Source of the DNA: Chiloscyllium plagiosum
Lineage: Eukaryota
DNA: 64,000 nucleotides
Direction: 5' to 3'
Assembly: GCF_004010195.1 (NCBI RefSeq)
Contig: NC_057719.1
Coordinates: forward strand, 90,316,515-90,380,514
Numbering within the stretch: position 1 is the stretch's first letter; the number at the start of each line of letters is the position of its first letter. Below the pieces are notes generated by a model. That model was not told the DNA's origin. It ran no database searches and worked only from the letters and a program-made list of their open reading frames with translations. Position numbers and translations under genes: made by a program. Shown here one piece after another: positions 1 through 11,135 of this stretch.

Positions 1-629
1 CATTAAAAATGTTTCTTATACCTGCTGAAACAAAAACAAACATTTTACATCACAATATAGAAATTTTAATTAATAACGAAAAACACAAGTACATAAATTC
101 TACTATAGGAATTTTTTTAAAAGTTTTTTTATTTGTATATGATAGCACAAAATGACTCAAGGCACAGTACACTACTTTAGGCCCTGAGCCCCACAGATGG
201 AGACACTAAAAAGTGTTTGGCATGCATAGAGCATTCTGGTCCCAGCCCAGATATCCCAAGCAGAAACCCATCATTGTCTACATGGACTGATGACAAGCAG
301 CAAAGGTGGGACAGCAACCATAGGAAACAATCAAAAGCCTAATTCTAGATGGAAGTACAACCAGGAAACTGTGCATTCACAGGACCTGAAGGAGGAACAT
401 CATTAATTCCACAAAATCTTTAAAAAGGTACAAAGAAATTGCATTTTTCGGAAGGTTGGCCTCTTGCTTCATTCTGAACAGATAACTTATTTTACTTGCT
501 CAGTTTCTAGAAATAAAGTTAGTGGAGATAAATTAATGATGTTATTCAAATGAACATTTAGTCTGTAAAGCCTATTGAGCTCTAAAATTACATTTCATAG
601 TTAAAACATGGAAGATAAAAAGAGCATAA

Positions 630-2280
630 AAGTGTTTTAAGTCCCCAGGGCCTGATGGTATCTACCTCAGGTTCTTGACAGAGCCAAGAGAGAAGATTGC
701 TCGGGGCCTTGACCGAGATCTAGACTCCAATCATCTGGGCTTGAAATACTAGCTTGCTCTGTCTCCGAGGATGCTGCCTGACTGGTTGTGATAGCCAGCA
801 TTTGTTATTTTCACCTTTGTATTCTCGCCAGTCACTGATCAAGAAAGGAAATAGGTCTAATCCTGGAGACTAGGAGAAAGTGAGGACTGCAGATGCTCAA
901 GATCAGAGCTTAAAAATGTGTTGCTGGAAAAGCACAGCAGGTTAGGCAGTATCAAAGGAACAGGAGAATCGACAGGAAACCTGAAGAAGGGCTTATGCCC
1001 GAAATGTCGATTCTCCTGTTCCTTTGATGTTGCCTGACTTGCTGTGCTTTTCCAGCAACACATTTTTAAGCTCTAATCCAGGAAACAGTAAACCAAGTGA
1101 GTCTCTCAGTTATGGTTGGAAAGCTACTGTACAGAATTCTCAGGGGTAGGATTTACGTGCATTTAGAAAAGCATGGCCTAATTAGGGGCAGTCAGCGTGG
1201 CTTTGTGCAGGTCAGGTCATATTTTATAACATGATTTAATTTTTCGAAGAGATGACAAAGGTGGTCAAATGAGGCCACAGCAGTGAATGTTGTCTACATG
1301 GATTTTAGTAAGGCTTTCAACAAGAACCCTCATGGTAGGCTCATCCAGAAGATTAAGATGCACGGGGTCCATAGTGGTTTGGCCATGTGGATTCAGAATT
1401 GGCTTGCTCATAGAAGGCAGAGGGTAGTGGTGGAAGAGTGTTTTTTTTGGGCTGGAGGTCTGTGACTAGTGGTGTTCTGCAAGGATCCATACTGAGATCC
1501 CTGTTGTTTGGGAGATATGTAAATGAGTTGGATGAAATTATACATTAGTGGGCCAGTACGTTTGCAGACAAAACAAAGATTGGTAGAGTTGTGGAGTGTG
1601 TAAAAGGTTGTCAAAGGATACAGTGGGATGTAGATCAGGTGCAGATTTGGGCACAGAAAAAGCAGATGGAGCTTAAGCTGGGTAAATGTGAGGTGTTGCA
1701 CTTTGGGCATTCAAATGTTAAGGAAAAGTATACAGTTAATGATAGGTTTCTGAACAGCATTGATGTTGGGGATCTTGGGATTGAAGTCCATAGCGCCGTG
1801 AAAGTGGCCACACAAGCACATAGGGTGGTAAAGAATACATCTGCCGGTAAAGAATACATACGGCATGCTTGCCTTTCTTGGTCAGGGAGTGGAGTACAAG
1901 AATTAGGATGTCATGTTGCAGCTTTATAAGACTTTGGTGAGACCAAACTTCGAGTACTATATTCACTTCTGGTTGCCACATTACAGGAAGGATGTGGAGA
2001 AGGTGAAGAAGAGGTTTACCAGAATGCTGCCTGGATCAGAGGATGTGAACTATAAGGAGAGGCTAGAAAAATTCATGTTTTCTCTGGTGTGGCAAAGGCT
2101 GACGACAGACTTGATACAAGTCTATAAAATTATGTGATGCTTTGATAGGGTTGATGGTCAGAATCTTTTTTCCCAGAATTAAAATGTCTAATACGAGGGG
2201 GCATGCATTTAGCATAATGTTCAGCACAATATTGTGGGCCGAAGGGCCCATTCCTGTGCTGTACTATGTTCCATGCTCTA
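630..2280 (+). mobile_element. Decayed CR1/HER1-type LINE (RT and 3' end), interrupted by short PLE-derived inserts
   Basis: ORF fragments VYMDFSKAF..PHGRL, KCEVLHFG, LYKTLVRPNFEY; multiple stops and frameshifts. Confidence 0.9.
871..1074 (-). mobile_element. Short palindromic PLE-derived insertion with hammerhead-like core
   Basis: 70-bp inverted arms 905-974/1005-1074; CTGAAGA-A-GGGC-TTAT-GCCC-GAAA at 981-1004; flanking duplication aatcc(t/a)gga(g/a)ac at 859-870/1075-1086. Confidence 0.8.
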
Positions 2281-3364
2281 AAAGTATCAAACAACAAACA
2301 CATACTGTACAGTCAGACGGAATTGTGATACGTACATCAGAAGTGCAAACACGCCTCGAAAAAATCCCTAAATTAGATCAAGGAGGAAATAGCGCAATTG
2401 CACTTACTTTTTCTCAATGCAACTAAAGCTAGTCAAGTAAACACAAGCTGGGAGAAAACTAGTTAAACTTTCAACCTTGGGTGGGTGGGAAACTACAGCA
2501 CTGGGTTGGGTAAGATGGATAGCCCGCAATCCTCGCAAATTTGTATAACACTGGCGGATGGGCAAACAGAGTTGAAAATTGAAACTTTTCTTGATCAACA
2601 ACTTGTTGGGATTGCTATAGGACTTCAATTTAAATATAGCTTCTGCCATGTAGATTGAAACCAATTTTGCATTATATAACCGCTGTCCAACCCTACATAA
2701 ATACCCTTCAGATATAAAGATTGCTAAGGAAACCATAATGAAAATAAACTTGACCACTTTCCGCTTCCAATATGCAGATTTTAATGTCAAATTATTCTTA
2801 TTTATAGGTTATAAACAGTTAATATTTGATGTTAACTTGCTATATACTCTTACAAATGAAGCCAACAATTAGACCAAAGTTCCAATGCCCAAATTGGTCA
2901 TTCATTGTCTGCTCATTCGAGTCAAAAATCAAGGCAACAGAAATCCAGCTGCCAGGTCAGCAGACCAAAATTAAAATGTCAGGTTTTAAAAACAGAATGT
3001 CAAAGAAACTTGGGAATGTGCAGTCGCATCTCTTACACAGTTTTAAAACTGGTGGATGTAAATCATTTGAAGTAACTTGTATCACAATAACAAAAGTGCA
3101 CACGTTGTAGGGAGAAGAACACCTTGCTGCAGGTAATTAAAGCTTATTGAATATTTCCCAATTCAATCATTTTAAAGCTAGCAGGTAATATGGTTCTAAA
3201 TGTCAGAACAGCTCCTAGGTTAAAGTTCCAGGGGACAAATGTTGCTGATGTTGGATGTTGTAAGGAAACAAAAATGCTTTTAAATAGGAAATCAATACAA
3301 TTAGTTTTTTTAAAGAGTGTTCAGGATGGTCAGAGTAAATGGAAATGCGACAAAAGCTAAAGGT

Positions 3365-4050
3365 GAGGGGTGCTTTGTGACTGGAAGTCTGTGTCTAGTG
3401 GGGTCCTTGCTGTTTGTGGTTTATATAAACAACTCAGAATTGAATTTATGAGGTTTGATCAGCAAAATAACAAGTACTAACAAAATAACAAAAATAGAGA
3501 GGATAGCCTAAGGTTGCCGGAGGATATAGATAGCCTGTTCAGATGGGCTGAGCAGTGGCAAATGGAATTTAATTTGGATAAATGTAACGCGATGCACTTG
3601 GGCAGACAAGGCAAGGGTACACATGATGAATGGTTGAACCCTGGGGAAGCACCAACTATCAGAGGGACATTGTTGTGCATGTGCATTAGTCGCTTAAGGT
3701 AGCAGGTGGATAAAGTGGTTAAGGTGGCATATGGGATACTTGCCTTTCACAGCAAAAGCATAGAGCTTAAGGAGCAGGAAAGTTATGCTTGAACTGTATA
3801 AAATGTTGGATAAGCCCCCACAGCTAGAGTATTACGTTCAGTTTTTGAATCTACATTATAGGAGGAACAGAATTGCACTGGAAAGGATGTAGAGGATAAT
3901 GACCAGGATGTTGCTTAGCTGGAGAATTTTAGTTTTGAAAAGAGACTGGACAGACTGAAGCTGCTTTCTTTTGAGCAGGGGAGACTGAGCGAGGATATGA
4001 TTGAGATGTATAAAGTTATGAGTGACATTAGATAGGCTAGACAGGAAGAA
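3365..4050 (+). mobile_element. CR1 LINE RT fragment
   Basis: WAEQWQMEFNLDKCNAMHLG motif and downstream CR1-like sequence. Confidence 0.85.
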
Positions 4051-5202
4051 ACTTTAGAATAACACAAAAGAGGAATACGGTAAACAGCAAAACTGTCCAA
4101 AACCATCAGGTGTGACTGAAATATACTTAAGGGAACCTATGGTCCCATTCCCTCTCTCAAAAAAGAAACAGTTGGGGCTGAAGAGTCTAAAGGGAAGATT
4201 CCAGTTGATGAAGACAATGAAACTTATGAGCATTTTGGATTGAAATGCAGTTAAGATTTGTTTCACCATGTAAAGATGATTTTGTTGCATTCATAAATAT
4301 TTTGCGAACTACCTCATGCTGGATAACGGCCTTAAATATTAATCTGCTGGTTTCCCCAAGTAATAGCTTAGGTCAACATGTACACTATCTTTTATTTTAA
4401 GAGAAAACAGACTTGCAATTCATTCACAACAGGACACCAAAAGGATGTGAGTCTTTTGGTGTTGAGCTAGAAAGTACTTAGATTTGTTGCACTAGAAAGC
4501 ATACGATATCAACATTTGCATGATGTTTTTCCACGTTTCATCACAACCATCTTCCTATTTATCGGGCATGACTCTAAACAGCAGAGAATCAGTCTCTGGT
4601 TCCCTGTTTTACTAGGGCTCCTTGATACCACGATCCATCAAATGTGGCCTCCAAGTCACCCCTACTTCTCAGTTTTATCAAAACTCCTGTCAACCTTTGA
4701 TGCACAAAGTAAAAAAGTTCCAACATCACCAGTTGATCTTCACAAGTAATGTTCGCATCCCTGTTCCTATATTGTTTTCACCCTTTCTAATGTCTTCACA
4801 TACTTTCAAAAGTGTCGCAACTAAAACAGGACACAACACTCGAGTTGAGGCCAAACCAGTGTCTATTCAAGTCTACCGTAACTTCTTGGTGGTTGTACTC
4901 TACACCTCTATTTAAAGTGGCATGAAGGCATGAACTTTAAGAGAGGCTCAATGCTGTTCTGCACTGAGAGCTTACAATAGCAGTCAGAGTACTGGAAAAT
5001 TGAAAATATATAACATTTGGCTGTGAAATAGATACCTGAGTTGGTTGCTGTTTTGACAACAATTTGAAATTAACCTGTTTAAATTATGCCCCAGAATACT
5101 AAAACCCAATCAAGTTTGAAAGTATTGTTCTGCCAACATTGAACCAATGAAATGATCTGATGTTGGGGACATATAAAAGGCAGGCATTTTGAAAACTCCC
5201 AT

Positions 5203-5366
5203 TGAGAGGGAGAGGGGGAGAGAAGAGTGTGTGAGACAGAGAGGAGAGAGAAGAGAAAAGGAGGAGAGAGAGGAGAAAAAGAGGAGAGAGAGAGACAGAG
5301 AGAGACACAGAGAGAGAGAGGTAGAAAGGAGACAGAAAAGACAGAGAGAGACACAGACAGACAGAC

Positions 5367-5415
<49 letters not shown>

Positions 5416-5417
5416 GA
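5203..5417. repeat. (GA)n/(GACA)n compound microsatellite
   Basis: Directly visible; it generates the low-complexity ER/SL ORFs in the track. Confidence 0.95.
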
Positions 5418-6320
5418 CCCAAAACATTGAAACACTCTTTATAGGGTACCTTTTCATATGAAACATCTTCACAGTAAAAAGAAAGACAACAGCCCAGGAA
5501 GATCTTCAGCCGGAAGAAAAACATTGAAGACAGCCAGTGTATTGTTTTGAAATTAAGTTGATGTAATTTTAATAAGTGTCTTACTGGAACAGTATTTTGT
5601 TATAGACTTGGAGACTGGTAATAAACAGTTGAGAGAAAAGGGGACTTACAGTTGAAAATAGTTGTTGTTTAATGTTCACTTTTAGAGTTAAAGAATAAAT
5701 TGATGTTATTTTCTTTAAATATTGAATTTGGGGAGTCTTCTGTCACTGATAAATTAACAGATTATGAGGCCAGGTGCGCTTTTCTGGGTGTTTGATTTAC
5801 AGAAGGGTTCACCGCTGTGTCTCAAAAGAAAAAAACCTTTAGATATTGTATTATTCATTTACCACTCTCTCAACCTGTCCTAACAATTTCAATGCATATA
5901 TACAACCAGGTCCTCTGCTCTGTACCCTCTTCATACTATTTTCTAACCAACCTGTCCAGAGGGAGATGCTGAATAGGCTGGGGCTGTTTTCCTGGAGCGT
6001 TGGAGGCTGAGGGGTGACCTGATAGAGGTTTATAAAATCATGAGGGGCATAGTTATGATAAACAGACAAGGCTTTTCCCGGAGGTGGATGAACCCAGAAC
6101 TAGAGGGCATAGGTTTAGAGTCAGAGGGGAAAGACATAAAAGGAACCTAAGGCAACTTTTTCACACAGAGGATGGTACATGTATGGAATAGCTGCCAGAG
6201 GAAGTGGTGGAGGCTGGTACAATTACAGCATTTAAAAGGCATCTGGATGGGTATATGAATAAGAAGGGTTGAAAGGGATATGGGCCAAGTGCTGGCAAAT
6301 GGGACTAGATTAGGTTTGAT

Positions 6321-6548
6321 TTGGAGATGCCAGTGTTGTACTGGGGTATACAAAGTTAAAAATCACACAACACCAGGTTATAAGTCTAACAGGTTTATTT
6401 GTAAGCACTAGCTTTCGGAGCGTTGCTCCTTCATCAGGTGGTTGTGGAGTATAATCCACAACCACCTGATTAAGGAGCAGTACTCCAAAAGCTAGTGCTT
6501 CCAAATAAACCTGTTGGACTATAACCTCGTGTTATGTGATTTTTAACT
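6321..6548 (-). mobile_element. Palindromic PLE-derived insertion (second family) with hammerhead cores
   Basis: Inverted arms about 6354-6448/6455-6548; flanking duplication agatta(g/a)gtttg at 6307-6318/6549-6560. Confidence 0.8.
6406..6440 (-). ncRNA. Minimal hammerhead ribozyme motif (second family)
   Basis: CAC-CTGATGA-A-GGAGC-AAC-GCTCC-GAAA-GCTA-GTG: helix I CAC/GTG, 5-bp stem II, palindromic AGCT, CUA triplet. Confidence 0.65.
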
Positions 6549-7439
6549 AGATTAAGTTTGGATATCTGGTCGACATGGACAAGTTGGACCAAAGGGTCTG
6601 ACATCTCTATGACTATGTAATAACATCCTCTGGAGAAGGTGGGACTTGAATCCAGGCCTCCTGACTCAGAGGTAGGGACACTAACATTGCAGCACAACAT
6701 TCTTTACTTTGTTTTGGACCAAAGAATTGTGGATGCTGGAGATGTGAAACAAAAACAGAAATTTCTGGAGAAATTCAACTAGTCTCACAGCAACAGTGGG
6801 AAGAAAACAGAGTTAATGTCTTAAGTCTGGTGACTCTTGATCAGAACTTTATTTTGTAAAGTCGCGCCATGTTCCTCAACTCTCTTCACAATTCTCAGCA
6901 CTGAAATTCATGTCATTTGTCTGCCCATTCCATGAACTTGCTCATGTCTTGTGAACTTTATACTATCCTGAAACCATAAGATGCAGGCCTAATTTTTTTT
7001 TTGCAATGATTCGTTCAGGAGATGTGGGCATCACTGGCTACCCCTGCATTAAATTACCCATTCCCAATTACCCAGAGGACAGTTAGGAGTCAATCACATT
7101 GCTGCGAGTCTGGAGTCACATGTAGGTGAGACCAGGTAAGGATGGCAGATTTCCTTCCCTCAAGGACATTTGAGAACCAGATGAGTTTTGAGCTTTCTCT
7201 GGCAATTTGCAATGGTTTTATGGTCATCATTAAACTCAAACTCTCAGATTATTACTGAATTCAAATTCCACCACCTGCCATGATCTGAACCGCAGTAGAG
7301 TGTGTGGAACCTATGTTTATGGATTAATAGTCTACTGTTAATATATGCAAAGATGTTTACACTTATAGGTGGGTCTAGGATCCGAAGTACACTTTTGTAG
7401 AATAAGGATTATACATTTAAGGCACATGTTAAGGCTAGG

Positions 7440-7750
7440 AAATGGCCGGGTTTGCTGTGAACAATCATCTGTTTAAGGTTTGATGGTTGTTTATAAGTGA
7501 GAAGTGGAGACGTAGGGAAGGTCTTGGCGAGGTGCTCATCCTCACTGATAATGTGTTGCAGGCTGCAAAGAACATAGCGTAGTTTTTGGCTCCCGGGAAG
7601 TACTGGACAACGAAGGGTATTCTATAGGTTGCACCCAGTGTCTGTCTCCTGAGGTCATCATGGTTTCTCGCTGTGGCACAAATTTAAACAACTGCCCAGC
7701 CTTCAGGACAACATTGACCACAACACCGTACAAGCCTGTCATGCCAACTC
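7440..7750 (-). mobile_element. Penelope-like element fragment (RT-to-GIY-YIG linker), rearranged
   Basis: Minus strand reads IPFVVQYFPGA..LQHIISEDEHLAKTFPTSPLLTYKQPSNLKQMIVHSK across a frameshift; the likely continuation LPSLQDNIDHNT is on the plus strand. Confidence 0.6.
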
Positions 7751-7779
7751 GATAGAGAAGAATTCAAGTACAAGAACAT

Positions 7780-8345
7780 TTTCTGATTCAGTATGTGGAT
7801 GTACCTACTAGAGGAGGAGGAAAACTTGATCGACCCTTTGGGAAATAAAACTGGGCAGGTGACTGAGGTCTCAGTGGGGAGCTTGAAAGGGTTTAGAAAA
7901 TAATTACAAGGGTGTTGTCAGGGTTAGAGGGTTTGATCTGTAGGGAGAGGCTCAACAGGCTGGGGCTATTTGCCCTGGAGAGTCACAGGCTGAGAGTTGA
8001 CCTTATAGACGTTTATAAAATCATGAGGGGCATGGATCAGGTGAACACTTAAGTGTTTTTCCCAGGGTGGTAGTCCAAATCTAGACGGCATAGGTTTATG
8101 GTGAGAGGGGAATGATTTAAAAGGTACCTAAGGGGCACCTTTTTCACAGGGTGGCGCGTGCATGGAACAAGTTGCCAGAGGAGGTAGTGAAGGCTGGTAT
8201 AATTACAACATCTACATGGCAGCTTGGTGGGTATCCGAATGGGAAGAATTTAGAGGGATATGGGCTAAATGCTGGCAAATGAGGTCGACATGGATGGATT
8301 TGAGCAAAGGCTCTGTTTCCTTGCCGTACAACACTACGACTCTAT
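7780..8345 (+). mobile_element. CR1 LINE fragments (endonuclease piece plus 3' end)
   Basis: Same 3' sequence as the other CR1 copies in the window. Confidence 0.8.
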
Positions 8346-8770
8346 GTCTTACCTGTCTTTAATGGGCTATTGGTGGGCTAACACTACTTCTCGTGGTGGT
8401 GATGGTCCTTAATTCTTTAGTATTAATGGGATGTTTGAAATATCTTCCACGGTCTTTCCTTTCCTGTGTTTTTCCCCTTTCACCCGAAGACTCAGGTTCA
8501 CTCTCTCATGTTTTGCTATTTTATATTTGCATTGTTTCTGCTCTTGCTTAACTTCCTCCACCAGGTATTTTAACTTCAGTTAGTGACTTGAATGTTTGAA
8601 TACTTCAAGCAGTTCTCGATTCCGTGACATTTACGGATCAGGTGGTGTTTATTCAGCCCACCAAGTCACAGAGAACATGAAACTCTTTGTATATTTTGTT
8701 CATTTCAAGCGAGTACAAAGCCAGATAGCTCTCCAACCACGTGATTAAGGAAGCAATGAAGGTGGGCTAC

Positions 8771-9046
8771 CACTGCTGCCTCACAGCGCCAGAGACCCGG
8801 GTTCAATTCCCGCCTCAGGCGACTGACTGTGTGGAGTTGCACGTTCTCCCAGTGTCTGCGTGGGTTTCCTCCGGGTGCTCCGGTTTCCTCCCACAGTCCA
8901 AAGATGTGCAGGTAAGGTGAATTGGCCATGCTAAATTGCCCGTAGTGTTATGTAAACGTAGGGGTATGGGTGGGTTGCGCTTCAGCGGGACGGGTGTGGA
9001 CTTGTTGGGCCGAAGGACCTGTTTCCACACTGTAAGTAATCTAATC
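8771..9046 (+). mobile_element. HE1-type tRNA-derived SINE (5' truncated)
   Basis: B-box-like gggttcaattccc, core gtgggtttcctccgggtgctccggtttcctcccacagtccaaagatgtgc, CR1-like tail ending in aatct repeats. Confidence 0.9.
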
Positions 9047-9599
9047 TTCAAGTGTGAAAGACAATTAGATAGAGGTAACATTATAACTACTGTCATTGCA
9101 AATTTATAACTGCCAATTTGAATGTTATAAATTATACATTTTGAGTCACAGCTGTCAAAATATCACATCACAATAGTACGGATTCTCTCCAGGACTTGCA
9201 AATTACAATATATTGCAAATGTAGTCTACCTTGCATCTATTTAAATTACCATGCCAATCATGATTTTAGTAAAAACCGTAAATGATAGTGACATGCAACC
9301 AGCAACCGCTAGGAAAGAAGGGAAATCTAACTCGCTTAATTATTTATTCAAAACGTAAAATAAACCTACCAGGGTTCCACCAAACAAGCACTTTTAAACT
9401 GCTAAACTGTGTGTCAAGGTATTGCCTCACACAAATGTTAGAGAAATATGGCGTGCTTCAGCTGTTTTTGCCAAAGTTCTGAGATGCGGAATAAAAGTGA
9501 GTCCTTAATTTGGAATTTTAAAAAAATGATTTTAAATATTGTAAAGCTGGAAGTTGTGTGCATTGGTCTCTCTGACCCACCCAATCTTTAAGCTTTATG

Positions 9600-10015
9600 C
9601 TTTAGTGGTTCAGTGAGCAACACTGTTGCCAATGAATCATGAAGCTTTGGGTTCATGTCGCACAGCAGGCCTTCAGCACTGAAATCAGGATGACTCTCCA
9701 ACACAGTACTGAGGGAGTGCAGCAGTGCCAAAGGTGCTGTCTTTCTGATGAGATCTTAAATTGAATCCCCATCTGTTTGCTTCACTATTTTAAAGAGCAA
9801 AAAGGAGTTCTTGCCGGTGTCTCGGTCAATAGTTATTTCTCAATCACCACCAAAACAGATTAACTGGTCATTTTCAGCATGGTGTTTACTGGAGCTCACT
9901 GACTGCCATAGATTTGATGTTGCAACAGCTACTGCAGATCAAGAGTGCTTCATGGATTATGAAGCACTTTGAAACATCCTGTGGGTATGGAAAGTGGTCT
10001 ATAAATGAATTTTTC
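9600..10015 (+). mobile_element. DeuSINE/SacSINE1-like SINE, diverged
   Basis: tRNA-like head, then cactatttt..agagca..ggagttct..ccggtgtc..ggtcaata core and aagcactttg..acatcct..ctataaat tail (recalled consensus). Confidence 0.65.
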
Positions 10016-10399
10016 AAAAATATAGTTGTGTGGCTTCTTTTGCTAGATGACCGAAATATTTCCTTAACATGATATTACTATTACAATCTGACCACAACCA
10101 CTCAATTGCTGGAACAAGCTGTACTTTTCTAACCCATGGTCTCAACTAAAACCTTAAGTGAACACTTCCTTAAAAGAAAACATGTATTCTGCAGAGTTGT
10201 GATTGGTGCTGCTTGATTCTGCTACTCAGAGTGTCACTTTGACTGGACAGGGAACATGATGGCAGTAGAGAGATGCGGATGTTGTGTGCCAGTGTGTCCA
10301 TGTGTGTTCATATCCAGAATTATTCCTATGGGACTTATTTCCTAGGTTCTCAAACCTAACAAATTCTCAGCAGAAGTCATTAAAAAACAATTCATTACT

Positions 10400-11135
10400 T
10401 CATTAGTCAGGGCACCGAGTATAGAAGTCAGGGAGTTATGTTGCAGTTGTACAGGATGTTGTTGAGGTCGCACTTGGAGTGTTGTGTTCAGTTTTTGAAA
10501 CTGTTATAGGAAGGATGTTATTAAATTGGAAAGAGTGCACAGGAAATTTACAAGGATGTTGCCAGGACTCAACAGTCCAAGTTAAAGGGAGAGAGGTTAG
10601 ACAAGCTAGGACTTTTTCTTTACAGCATAGGAGACTGAGAGGAGGGCTAAGTGTGTAAGATCATGAGATGCATGGATAAGGCGAATGTACTCAGTCTTTT
10701 TCCCTGGAATAGAGGACTGGAAGTCATCAGTTTAAGATTAGAGGGGAAAGAATGAAAAGGACCTTGAGGGGCAACATTTTTATACAGAGGGTGCAAACAT
10801 GGATTGAGCTGCCAGCAGAAGCAGGTGAGGTGGGTATATTAACAACATTTAAAAGGCATTTGGACAAATACATGGATAGGAAAGGTTTAGGAGGATATGG
10901 AGAAGGGCTTTTGTCCAAAACATCGATTCTCCTGCTCCTCGGATGCTGTCTGACCTGCTGTGCTTTTCCAATACCACACTCTTCGATTCTGATCTCCAGC
11001 ATCTGCAATCCTCACTTTCTCTTGGAAGGATATGGGCCACGTGCAGGGAAATGGGGTTAGAGTGGATGAACATTTTTGTCGGCATGGACCAGTTTGGGCC
11101 AAAGTACCTATCTCTGTGCTGTAGGACACTCTGAC
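10400..11135 (+). mobile_element. CR1 LINE 3' part with nested PLE-derived insert (about 10901-11022)
   Basis: TFKRHLDKYMDRKG C-terminus; the insert is flanked by duplicated aggatatgg. Confidence 0.85.

Larger units (their letters stand above)
5950..6610 (+). mobile_element. CR1 LINE 3' end hosting a nested PLE-derived palindrome
   Basis: ggaggctgaggggtgacctgatagaggtttataaaatcatgagggg-type CR1 3' sequence; the 3'UTR resumes after 6549. Confidence 0.85.

Noticed and set aside
5079..5524. ORFs rich in SL or ER
   Set aside because: Translations of a GA/GACA microsatellite.
4935..5825. Possible LTR surrounding the GA microsatellite (similar case at about 41100-41505)
   Set aside because: AATAAA is present but I could not define termini or a target duplication.
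9370..9478. 109-nt pseudo-exon on the minus strand (ctcac..ctcag| ... CTG|gtaggt)
   Set aside because: Early stop, no Numb similarity and ordinary splice signals; not distinguishable from chance without RNA data.
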